A DNA stretch of 64,000 nt from Octopus vulgaris (taxonomy: Eukaryota). Position numbers and translations under genes: made by a program. Location of the stretch: the NCBI GenBank assembly GCA_951406725.2, contig OX597830.1, forward strand, positions 53,134,001-53,198,000, given 5' to 3'. Positions 14,860 to 27,000 of this stretch are shown here, one piece after another (the stretch's first letter is position 1; every line of letters starts with the position of its first letter). Under the pieces are notes generated by a model that was not told the DNA's origin, made no database searches, and saw nothing but the letters and a program-made list of their open reading frames with translations.

Positions 14860-14935
14860 AATCATATATATACACACACACAATATAAACATAAATATAT
14901 GCAGTTGTATATACATACACACACACACACACACA

Positions 14936-14982
<47 letters not shown>

Positions 14983-15082
14983 TATACTATATACATACAC
15001 ACACACACACACTATATATATATATAATACACACAAATATATGCATGTATATACATATTTACCAACTAACACACACACATCA
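14860..15082. repeat. Compound (TA)n/(CA)n microsatellite
   Basis: Directly visible alternating TA and CA tracts. Confidence 0.9.
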
Positions 15083-15610
15083 CAAGTCTTGTCCAAACAC
15101 ATACCATACATGCAAACAATTGCATGTATATGAATGCTTGTGTATCTATGAAAAATAGAATATGTTGGGTAGCAACTTCCTGTGTATCCATGTTGAAAAT
15201 GAAGAACTCAATATCTGTAAAGAAACCTGTTTATACTATAATCTTTAACATAGCTCATCGTCAAGATTATTAATTGATAAATGTACATAAAAGAATGGTA
15301 TGCTGCAAAAAAAAAAAAAAAAAAAAAAAGACAGCATCCCAGAACAGACCATGAAGGCAGGTCCTTAGCATTTCATAAGCAGATGTCACTAAATTTTATA
15401 TTTACAAGATTAACCTGAAATTAAAAATAGCAGGACAAGAATAATGGTGATAAAAAGGGTATCTTTAAAAAATTTCAAATACTCATTTCAAACTATAATT
15501 TACTGAATCATGAAAATTATGGGGATAAAAATATGGAAATGAAGACAGACAGACCTCTGTTCACTGAAAAACCTAAAATGGCACCCAAGAAAAGTTTTAG
15601 CTTTCCTTAC

Positions 15611-15736
15611 CTCACTCTTAGTGTCTAGGTTTCCATCGCGATGTTGTAGCACATATGCCACTTTTATTACGTGTTCAAGTTTCCGTGGTTGTTCCTCAAC
15701 CTTGGCAGCAAGGTACAGACAAACTGAGCCCATTTG
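15611..15736 (-). CDS. CCNT: Cyclin T coding exon 3 (QMGSVCLYLAAKVEEQPRKLEHVIKVAYVLQHRDGNLDTKSE)
   Basis: Cyclin box motif LAAKVEEQPRKLEHVI. Acceptor CTTTCCAG, donor GTAAGG, phase 0/0. No further exon was recognised in 1-15610. Confidence 0.95.
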
Positions 15737-16156
15737 CTGGAAAGACAAAGCAAGATAAGGTTTATTTAAAAATAATAACTTTTGAAACGACAAAAAAATG
15801 ATAATCTGAAACACTATTTTACTATAGTCTGTGAAAAGTTACAAGTTCTATGATGAGATCTTTATAAACAATAAACCAGGTGACATTAGCATTGGAGAGA
15901 AATTCATATCACAGAAAGTGCTGTTAATTTGTTGCTATCTGTATCTCTTTTAAACACAATTCCTATATCAAACCAAAATTCTACTTAGAAACAATTCTTG
16001 TTTTTTCTGTAGATGGCATGTTAACAGCCTAGTGGTTAAAATCTATAAAAAAAAAGTTTAAGAATGCAAGAAAGAAAAAGAAATAGGAAATATTGTAAAT
16101 TCACTTCTGAGGAATTCTAAATCAACTTTCTACTTAATAAGATTTTCATAGCTTAA

Positions 16157-16378
16157 CCCTTTCGTTACCATATTTCTGTTGAGATGCTCTGTGTTTCTTT
16201 CAATTAATTTCAAATATAACAAAGAATTTAGTAAAATAACTTAGTCATCATTAAGCTAGTGTTAGGAACATAAAATATGACTAAGGTTTGGTGGAAGATT
16301 TTAATTCAAAACTTATGAAAACAAGACATTTGTACTAGAGAGCCAGAGCTGGTTTCAGCTGGGTTGGTAACGAAAGGG
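16157..16378. mobile_element. piggyBac-type MITE family P1 (222 bp)
   Basis: Perfect 14-bp TIR CCCTTTCGTTACCA/TGGTAACGAAAGGG flanked by TTAA on both sides. Older relatives near 17085-17267, 44820-45039 and 52435-52608. Confidence 0.92.
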
Positions 16379-17935
16379 TTAAACAAAATTTAATGCAAAA
16401 TCGAATAAGTAGAGGACATTATCAAATTGCAGGCTACAGATGTGGACATAAAAGTTTTTGAGAATCATCACAAATAATATAATGGCTAACACATACTTTT
16501 AAAACTAAATTTGTTATTGGAGATGACAGATATTATGACTTGCTAATTGATAACCCTGAGGTTAGTTTGTTAACATACCACAACATTAGCTAAAAACACG
16601 ATGACATCACAATTACAGATGTCAGTGGTTGACATCAAATGTCAGAAGCTCAACGTCTGACTAATAGCTTTCCATCAAGAAAATTATTTAAATTTGGCTA
16701 ATTTGCAAATTAACTAATTTGTTCCGTTAATTTCATTAACTTCTCAGGAGTCAACTTCCACAGTCAAAGTGACATTATCAATTTTAGGCTTGTCAAAATA
16801 GCTAAGAAGCTTTCGTATTGAATCCTATGATATAAACTCAGTATCATATGGTTAAAATAAATCCTTGATTCTGTTCAGACCATTTAATTCTACATTCTCT
16901 AAGGTTTGAAGGGGGGGGGAGGGTGAGTAAGCAGCAATAGATGTCTCAATCACTGAATTCTATAGAAAACAAAATTGAATACTGCCAGTGTTGATGGGAT
17001 CACTACAATTTCTGACAGGATTGGCCTTTCAGAATGTATAAATTTTAGTCCTTTTGTAAATAATACCAAATGAAAATATATTTACTTTTGTTACCACATT
17101 TCTGTGCCTATATTTCTATTCATTTTGAAAATAATGCTGAATTTAGTCATAAATAGAAAAAAAAATGTCATTATAAAGCTGGTATTTAAAATATAAATTA
17201 GCAGAAAATTTGATAGGCTTTAATTTAGATCACTTTAATACAGAAAGTTTGTATCAAAAGGGCTTAAACACCACCTGGCTTGATCCTTGAGCTCTTTTAG
17301 CAATCTGAACAAACGCCACTTCCCAGACATTCAGGTGTGACGTGTCACACTTCCTCTCTATGTCCCAACTATCTTATAAATACAAGTACTTCTCCACACC
17401 CACCTCAAAAGAATTAATATCAAGAAATAATTAAGTACACTTACTCATAACAGGTAGAACAGAATGTTAAGTGTTTAGTGAATTAAATTGTTTCAACAAT
17501 AAAGCTATTCCCACACAGGGAATGACAGTATTGTTGGTACTGTTACAATAAAATTTCAAGAAAAAGTGTGTCCGTGTGATTAAGACTCACTTTGCAACCA
17601 TGCAGTTTCAGGTACAGTCTCACAAAGTGGTACCTTGACCCCAGGCTGATTTTGTGAATGAATTTGGGAGACAAAAATTGTGTAGAAGCTGGTGTCTGTG
17701 TCTGTGTCATTCCTCCACTGCTTGACAACCAGTGATTTGTTTATGTCCCTCATAATTTATTGATTCAGCAAAAGGATTCAATAAAATAAGGATTAACTTT
17801 AAAAAAAAAAAATGCAAGTACTAAGGTTGATTATTTTGAGCAAAACTTTTCAAGGCAGTGCTCCAGCATGATCACAGTTCAATGACTGAAACAAAAATAA
17901 AATTTTTAAAAAAGTAAGAAAACTGAGCTACTTAC

Positions 17936-18017
17936 ATTCCTGCTGAACTTTTGGAAACACCGCAACATATAAAATCTATGCATGTACACGATAGCAGTGT
18001 TGATACACAGCTGGGTA
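17936..18017 (-). CDS. CCNT: Cyclin T coding exon 2 (TQLCINTAIVYMHRFYMLRCFQKFSRN)
   Basis: 82 nt, absent from the ORF track and read manually. Contains the cyclin T motif QL.INTAIVYMHRFY and is followed by a GTAAGT donor. Confidence 0.95.
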
Positions 18018-18273
18018 CTGAAGAAGTGTTAAAGAAAACTAGCAAGGCACATTTAGAAAAGAAAAATTTAATTAAAAAACATTTTCAACTATAACAATTT
18101 GAAAAAAATAATATACTATTCATATATTTCCAACTTTAAACCACCACATTTAAAAAAAATATTTTAAATATTAATTTGACATCTTAAAAAGAATTAACCA
18201 ATACTCTCCCAGGCTATTGACAGTGGCTGGCATACTGACACAAAATTCTTACATGAACCAGCAACTTTTTCAA

Positions 18274-18490
18274 CCCTTTAGCATTCAGATTACTCTGTCA
18301 AGTGTAATGCTCATTTGCATTGTTTTGAATTAATCATGCAATATCTTATGTCTTTGAGGTTTCAATAATGGGAGGGTTTAATTTCTGGAATAACATTGTA
18401 GGGTAGGTATGAAAAGTCAGATCTGGCTAGTTTTAACATAAGGCAAGTAGAATATTTCGGCTGGACATGGTTGGTTTCAAAGCTAAAGGG
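18274..18490. mobile_element. piggyBac-type MITE family P2 (about 217 bp)
   Basis: Ends CCCTTTAGC and GCTAAAGGG followed by TTAA. Homologous copies at about 22373-22587, 48643-48855 and 59297-59512. Confidence 0.85.
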
Positions 18491-18549
18491 TTAAATGGAT
18501 TCTGTTTATATTTACCAATGGCCCACATGTATATGTACACACAAATATA

Positions 18550-20055
18550 TATATGGTGCAATGGGTAAATTGTCACCATTTTATAGTTTTAATTTTGCCC
18601 ATGCGCAGTTTTGGATTTTGACGACACAGTATATAGTAGGGTCCATTGGGTACCATCTGTGAGAACAGCACCATGACACAATTCACCCTGCCACAAATTT
18701 GGAAACAACATTCAATACTGCTTGGCATTTGCACCGGAAGCTCCAATACGAACATTTCAAAGTGTTTAGGTGTCAATCTGAGGACAGTGTAGAGGATATG
18801 GAAAGCGTTGGAAGAGCCTAATGGTGATTACGAAGGTATGGCAGTTCGGAAAACTCACTGATTGTTCTGATAAGAACTCCTGAATTTGCTGGTGAAATCT
18901 AGGCCATGACTGACAACGATCTCTCAAAGTCAATTAGGTCCATGGGAGTGTTTGAGTATCTTATCAGGCAGGTAGTATATGAAGACCATTGGTATTCCTC
19001 ATATAAGATGAGAAAGGACTAATTTTTATCCCAAGCCATCAAAGACAAGAGGAAAGGCCGTGCGACAAAGCTTTTGAAAAAAACTCAAGCATTCCCTCCA
19101 ACCAAACGTGCTTTGGTTCTTCTCAGAAGAGAAAAATTTCTGCCAGGATCAGATGGTAAAACACAACTGTTGGCTTGCCATGTCCCCAAAACATGCACCA
19201 AGAGTGATAAAAATCAAACATCCAGTCATCATGGTGTTTGGAATAATCACTACTAATGGCAACATTATGTCTCCATTCATCTTCCCACACAACCTCAGAC
19301 TCAATACAGAGGCCTACATCAAGTGCCTGGAGGAGGTAGTACAGCTAAGGCGGCGAGCTGGCAGAAACGTTAGCACGCCGGGCGAAATGCATAGCCGTAT
19401 TTCGTCTGCCGTTACGTTGTGAGTTCAAATTCCGCCCAGGTCGACTTTGCCTTTCATCCTTTCGGGGTCGATAAATTAAGTACCAGTCACGCACTGGGGT
19501 CGATGTAATCGACTTAATACCTATGTCTGTCCTTGTTTGTCCCCTCTATGTTTAGCCCCTTTGTGGGTAATAAAGAAATAAGTACAGCTCTGGGTCAAGA
19601 GGGTGGCTGCTGGAAGATCCTATGTCTGGCAACAGGACTCTGCACCATGCCACACAAGCAAGAGAACCCAGTCATGGCTGTCGAACAATTTTTGCGACCA
19701 CGTCACCCCTACCATCTGGCCACCTAACTCTTCAGACTACAAACCCCTTGGTTATTATGTATGGGGTGCAGTTGAGCAAGGGACCAACAAAACTCCTTGT
19801 AACACCAAAGATGAACTGAAGGCAAGGATTATGGCAGCATTCACTAACTTAAACAAGGAAAATGTCCAAAAGAGTTGCAGGAGATTCCAAAGTCGTCTGG
19901 AGGCCATGGTTGAAGCCAATAGCAATTTTATTGAATAAATTTACTCTTTAGTATTTCAAGATATTTTTATGTAACTTTGGTAAATATATGTTAAATGAGA
20001 TGTCACTTATTTTCATTTTTGCATAATTTAGACAATTTATTCACTGCATCCTGTA
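18550..20055 (+). mobile_element. Degenerate maT/DD37D-type Tc1-mariner transposon interrupted by a SINE
   Basis: 25-bp imperfect TIRs. QQDSAPCH...WPPNSSDYKPLGYYVWG gives 37 residues between the second Asp and the third catalytic position (now Gly). Confidence 0.85.
19347..19580 (+). mobile_element. SINE family S1 nested in the DD37D transposase, 9-bp TSD
   Basis: AGTACAGCT duplicated at 19338-19346 and 19581-19589. CpGs retained. Confidence 0.93.
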
Positions 20056-21060
20056 TGTATGTGTATATATATATTTATTTATTTATTAAATGTATATTAT
20101 GTTTATATTTTCATCATTTAACATAAATGTTCCATGTCAAGGGTTGGATAGCTTAACAGGATCCAGTAGGTCAAAGGACTGCATTACGCTCCAATGCGGT
20201 AGCACACCTGTTTCTGTCTTCATTCTTGATCTTTCCCTCTCTGGCTGGGTAACCTCTTGTACTTCCTCTTCAGTAAGACACCTATATCTGTCTCATTATA
20301 ACCATTTCATTATCACTTCCTCCAATGCCCCCTCCCCTCTTAAAATTTTTTGTCTTGCAAGTACTTGGTGACCCTGTCAATGCAGGTGCCACTTAGAAGC
20401 ACCCAGTCCACACTGTAAAGTGGTCGGTGTTCGAAAGCATCCAGCTGTAAAAACCTTGCCTGTGCTTCTGCCACATAAAAAGCACTAAGTCAACTCTGCT
20501 GAGTGGTTGGTGTTAGGAAGAGCATCCAGCAGTAAAAATCCTGCCAAAACTGTCACAGAAGCCTGGTTCAGGCTTCGGTTTGGTTGGCTCTTGTACCATC
20601 CCACCCATGCTAGCATGGAATATGGATGTTAAATAATGATAATGTCCAGTTTGGTGAAGTTTAGATGTCCTTCCTAACACTGATCACTTTCCAGTGTGTA
20701 CTGTTTTCTTTTTTCGTTTTTTGTGTGTGTGCCACCAGCATGGTTGTCATGTAGCTTGCAAAAGTACAAACTTTGAGGAAGATGGACTGGGGCTTTATGA
20801 TAGAAGATGAGAGGTAAAAGAGTGAGAAAAGAGGGAAGAGTAGAACAAGCTTCTTGCTATTGAGGAGCTACATAACTGCTCACATTTTAGAAGAGAGGGT
20901 CATATATATATATACATTATATAAAATCTTATGTAAAGGCAGTCCTGTCTATCACTCCCCATATTTCTATCACTTTGCTTATATAAGCAAAAAAAATTAA
21001 ATTACAACACTAAAAACTCTCAATGTCTCAAAAACATTAAAATTGAAAATTTTTTTTAGA

Positions 21061-21437
21061 GACTGTAGCTGTGTGGTAAGTCACTTGCTTACCAACCACA
21101 TGGTTCCGGGTTCAGTCCCACTGCGTGGCACCTTGGGCAAGTGTCTTCTACTATAATCTTGGGCCAACCAAAGCCTTGTGAGTGGATTTGGTAGATGGAA
21201 ACTGAAAGAAGCTCATCATATATATGTATATGTGTCTGTGTTTGTCATCCCAACATCGCTTGACAACCGATGCTGGTTTGTTTACATCCCTGTAACTTAG
21301 CGGTTCAGCAAAAAAGACTGATAGAAAAAGTACTAAGCTCACAAAGGATAAGTCCTGGGGCCGATTTGCTCGACTAATGGCAGTGCTCCAGCATGGCTGC
21401 AGTCAAATGACTGAAACAAGTAAAAGAGAAAGAGTAA
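21061..21437 (+). mobile_element. tRNA-derived SINE family S2 (CORE-like centre)
   Basis: Head with TGTGTGGTAAG and GGTTCAGTCCC, centre GGCACCTTGGGCAAGTGTCTT, GAGTAA-like tail. Relatives near 1625 (+), 4600 (-), 9270 (-), 12860 (-), 17600 (+), 36520 (-) and 48960 (+). Confidence 0.8.
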
Positions 21438-21516
21438 GGTCCTGAGACCTGCAAACAATATCTCAATGGCCCACTACTGCATTGCAGCCCACCTGCTGAT
21501 AACTTATGCTTTAAGA

Positions 21517-21835
21517 AAGTGGTTCTCAACGGGGTCTATATAAGATTTTGGAGACCCAAACAAGCAAAATAGTAAATTGAGGATCTACAGTAGCATTTTA
21601 TGGGTCCACGAAAAAATTTGCTTTAGATGTATTTATTCCAAAGATATAGATAGTTTTCTTTCACTAACATTTTACATAGTTCAACCTACACAAGTTAACA
21701 TGTGAAAATCAAAGTAGGAATTTTGAAAGAAGTATCTATAAAACCAGTTTTTAAACATTGAATGGCGTTGGGGGTCCACCAGAGTAAAATAGTAATCAAA
21801 GGGGTCTATAGGTGAAAAATGGTTGAGAACCACTG
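21517..21835. mobile_element. hAT (Charlie-like) MITE
   Basis: TIR (C/A)AGTGGTTCTCAAC ... GTTGAGAACCACTG. The 8-bp flanks match only partly (CTTTAAGA vs CCTTAGAA). Confidence 0.75.
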
Positions 21836-24030
21836 CCTTAGAATGTTCAATGGAATACAATGCAATAGTTATTCTCTTAGTAGTGTGATAAAACCCCATT
21901 GACGTCAACACTCCCAAAGGGTTCAGAAAGTACAAGTCCAGTGCTGAGATCATTCTTGTCTTTCTCTGGATTGCACTTGAACTCAGCAGTGCAGCTTTGT
22001 CACATGCTGATACAGCCTGAGAAGACCTGATAACTGTATTAAGACTATATATGTGTGTGTGTGTGTAGAACTCAGCCACTTTACATGCTAATTTCTCAAG
22101 TTGGGATCCAGCTGGTCAAATAGCTGTACCTCATCACTAAGACTGAAGACCCTAACATTGGCAGTGTTATGGGTACAAAAATAATGATTGCTACCATAAA
22201 TAATGGAGAAAGAGACAGTTATCAACACTAGATCATGGCTGATTTATTTAGTAACAGAAGTTCAAACATTGATGCTGTTTACCTCCAGGTTAGCCTGCAA
22301 TTAAACCAATGATAAAATCTTTGCCATGAATGACCAATCTCACAGACTATCCAATATGTCTGTCCTATATAACCTTTCAGCATTCACATTATTCTGTCAA
22401 AAGTAATGCTCATTTATTCACATTATTTTGAATTAATCATGCATTATCTAATATCTATGAGATTTTGATGAAGTAACAGTTAATTTTTTTAGAATGACTT
22501 TGTAAATGTGAGACTAGCTCTGGCCTGTTTGAATATAAAACAGGTAGAATATTTTGGTCGGATATGACTGGTTTAAATGTTAAATGGTTAAAGATGTTGG
22601 GTTGTGATTTAAGAGATTTTGTTATTTCTAGCCACTTTATAGAAGCTCCCTCATTGGCAACCTACTCATAGATAATCACTAATAAAACAAATGACCACAG
22701 AATGGTGGTTGAATTGAAGGAAACATTTACAGAATTGTTGCTCTCTGTTCCAAGTTCAAACCCCATTAGGTGAAGTTCAATAAAATAGCATCAGGCAAGT
22801 CAATTCAATCCACCAATTTAAAACAGGAAATTTATAATTTGTTATATATCCAGACACAACACTACTTATTGAATTTTCAGGGAATGTAAGGAAAAACAAA
22901 AATGAAAACCAACATGAAATCAACGAAAAATCATTCATTTTCAAAAACTGTTTCTTCTGCAAAGATTATAAATCTTGAAAGATAGGATAAAATTTATATA
23001 AGATTTTATCTATTGACACAAGTTATTTTATAAAACAAGACTGAACAGTTTACAAAGATAAACAAAATTTATCTTTTCAAGTGAACAGATAAAGGCTAGT
23101 TATTAGGAAGGGAGACTAACAATTGCTACAATACCAACTATGATAGCTGTGTATTTTTTAATTAATGTATAGGACTACAAAGTTATGTATTCACATCTTA
23201 CTAGACTAGCCATTAGGTGTATGTGTGCCTGTCTGTCTGCACCTCTGAAAAAAGTACCTAGTTCTCTTTGTTCAATTTCCTCTCATACAATAAAAACAGG
23301 TCTTACACTCAATGACAGGAAGGAAGAACGTTCAAGTATAAAAAGCAAGTAACCATACCATTCAGTCAAACAAGGATGTGCTTACATGAATAACAAAACG
23401 TTCTTTTAAATGCAAACCCTTATTCCTGAAGCTAGAACAAAATCTTTCCAGAATGGTTACCTTCAAAAAGGGATAAAGGTTGGGGCACGTTTATTCAATG
23501 TGCCTACTACTTAAGAAACTTGAACCATACAGGTGATGTGAAAAGGAATTCACTGTGTGGGGTTATGAAGAGTTTTCAACACCAGTCTGGAAAAAACACT
23601 GAGGAATATTATACGACTACATTCTGAACATAATAAATATTATGTGTGAACAGGAATAATGGTGGGTGATTATAATATTGGAGTGTTAAGATGAAATACA
23701 TTTAACGACAATAAAATGGCAGGAGGGTGTGCAGGAAAGGATACGAACCATTTCAACAATAACTGGAATGGAAATATGAATAGTAAGAGAGAAATATATT
23801 GTACTAATGTAAAGACAATGCTCTAAACATTTTTGAAAGTGAGGTAGGTCTGTATTTGTATCTAGAATTACATACCCAATATACTAAGCAGTTTCAGTCC
23901 TGTCTTGGAATGGAAATCGAAAAATTTCTAAGACCACACTGCATTAGTAAGCTGTTTTACTGTCTAATCTTAATATTGAAAAACAGTCTGCTCACAACTA
24001 CAATCAAGGCCACAATTATACAAAAATCAT

Positions 24031-24071
<41 letters not shown>

Positions 24072-27000
24072 ATAGTTGACAAATTAGATTATGAATTAGA
24101 AGGGGCAAAATCAACTGGAAAACAGTTCCAAATGCAATTCTCGTATAAACAATATAATTAACCTTGCACTCTCCCTCTCTCAAGCTACTGCATATAAAAC
24201 AAACATGGGTCAATGATCTTTACCAAGGCCATATTGTCTGTATCCACTGATAAGTCTTTCATAAATCATAACAGCCCAAACACTTGACCGTGGGAGACAT
24301 TTATAAGATTCCATACCCTTTAGACTCCAAATGGTTAATTAAAGTATCTCAAATGGTGACTAGTTTTGAAGTCATAGATTAAAATTTGTTCAGACACGAA
24401 ATATTAAATGTGTAAGGAAGCTTCGAAAAACAACACGGCGACCTAATCACTATTATATATATTCATTATATACAAATGTATTGATCTTTACAATTAGTGC
24501 AGTCAAGTGTCACTTTGTCGCGTATTCATAATAAATAATATTCTTGACAGTGCTTGCATTCATTTGGCTTTACCTTAACGATGAAAAGGGTTTCTATTTT
24601 CGAGAAAGGGAAAACTGGCACCAAAAAACAGAAATACAACCTCTAGAGGATTACACTGATTTTCTGAAAAAAAGAAAAATGAAGCTAAATGTGTTTTATC
24701 TCTACTTTTTACTATAAAATTAAAACATTTTAAGCTAATTACATCAGAATCAGATCAAACTGTCGTTTTTGTTTCTCGACTCTTCACAATACTGAGGAAC
24801 ACGATAATGGCCATCCACCTAGGAGGATGCCTCTTCGGTTTAATGTCATAGAACCTAGCTAAACAACCAGTTCATATTGTAACACCCTTGTTAAAGTTAA
24901 ACACACTATCACACAGACAAACCAAATAAAATGCTATACAGAGGTTAATTAAAGTTAGCAAAATAAAACATATGTTTGGTTGGAAACGAACGATAGTTTA
25001 CACTACCAATGTTTTCTTAGTCCAACAAACAGAAGAGAGAAGAAAAAAAATCTTTTATCCACAGAAATATTTGAAAAGAATTGGCACAAGCATACATCTC
25101 GCCAGAATGCGACGATCAACGAACATCTAAAACAACATTAGGTAAAGCACAACATTGAAAACACCTAGCCAGAATAATATACTAATATACCCATCAATTC
25201 ACGCCATAAGCACCTACTGACTTGGAGAAAAAGAAACATATTCGGAATTTTTCTTGAGAATAAATTATTCAGCAATAATCAATGTAAAACGAAGATGACA
25301 TTATAAATAAAGATGATTGAAAAGGTGGAGAGTAGGTAAGATAAACAAGACAAGGCTGCAGATTAAGGAGATTTCTTTTCTTTTTTATATTTTTGAAATT
25401 TTGTTACTCTTTAGACACCTTACAAATATCTCCATTTGTGCCAACAGACATGAAGCAGGAGAGGAACGGATTTAAAATAGTGAAGTATTATTTATGCCTC
25501 ATTCAAGAGCAACGACCTTAGTGAAAATGGTTCTCGCAGCAAATTGACGAACGAAGCATGCGAGTATTTTATATACACATGTATACAAGATAAATTTAGA
25601 GACAGGGGTCTAAAAATGTTTCCGTAAAACGACACTCGTCATCCGGCAACGTTCATGCCTCTCCCAAGGACGTCCATTAGCGATGTAGGTGAAACTGAAC
25701 AATAACAGTACGCGCGTGCGCGCACGAGTCTTTCTCCCTGTATAGAAGTACACAAACATACAATCAATTAAATTAGTGCAATCGTACAAAACATTTACAA
25801 AGACAGAGATACTGGATATAGTACAGTGTGGGGTCAGGTCGGTTAAGTCACGTGAAGCTTAGCTTTATATACCGTAGTAGGCCAGCAACACACCAACCAG
25901 CCAGCCAGAACCGCCAGACTGATAGAACAAGGTTCACAAGAAAGGAGTGTACGTTGACATGGTTGATAATGAGTTCCATACAACGATGTAGGGATTAACT
26001 TTTAAAAAAAAAAAACCCGCGACATAGGGACAAGAGATGGGGATATAAAAGTCTCCCTCGATATCTTTCCTTTTAAGAGAGGCGTTTACAAAGAAAACTT
26101 AGAGAGACAGACATCAAATGTAGGAAGTCTTAGCAGGTCACGTGCTGACAATGTGAATGTTTGAAATAATGGTTTCGAAGGCACGAGGCCTGTTGACGAA
26201 GGGGTGGATGTATAGTGGATCAGATATCAGTGAATATCCGCAAGACTTCCTCTCGGTAACCCAAACGTAAGGGTTCAAATAAAAAAAGGAACTACTTAAT
26301 AATCGTTGAAAGAGAATGAAATCTGTAGAGAGAGGAAAGCATACCCTTTCGCTCAGAATTAGCCATCGTGCCCCAGTATAGTCAGACTGAAACTAGAAAA
26401 CGAATCTGCTATGAACAAACGACTATATCAAACCAACACACACACGAGTGTGCTTCTTCTCCGGGTTTGTTTTCTACAAATAAGATATATATATATTAAA
26501 AATAGGGAAGGCCGGTTTGTAGGATTATGTGTGATAGATACCTATCTTTATACACGTGTGGGTAAACACGTGCCTTTAGTAATAGAGATTCACATATATG
26601 TGAATTAACGAAAAACTAAAATGTTAAGTATTATATTGTAAGCATACACGCACACATTTCTCAAGGTAGTTTTTACTAACAGATACTAAATCACCTGGCT
26701 TTATCTTCTGTGAGAACAGGCTCGAAAACATGGCCTCTCTTTAGTCTTAGGGTTTTAGAAAAAGCACTTAAATTAACACTTCCCTTATACATACAATTAC
26801 TTGAACCTGTATGAGTATACATTCTTTCGATATTAGTATCATATCTGTAAAGAATGCCATAGGAATTCGATTTGAGCTACAAGCATGAATCTAGTTACAG
26901 ATATTCACACACACCATCACGAATTTTGAAGATCTAATTTAAATATCGATATTTCCAAACTGTTGTTCAGTTATGTTTTAAATTCCCTTGACTCACTCCC

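Noticed and set aside
1-15610. Cyclin T exon 4 and beyond
   Set aside because: No segment resembling the expected LV..E..LLQTLGF sequence was recognised. It is presumably outside the window, though a short exon could have been missed.
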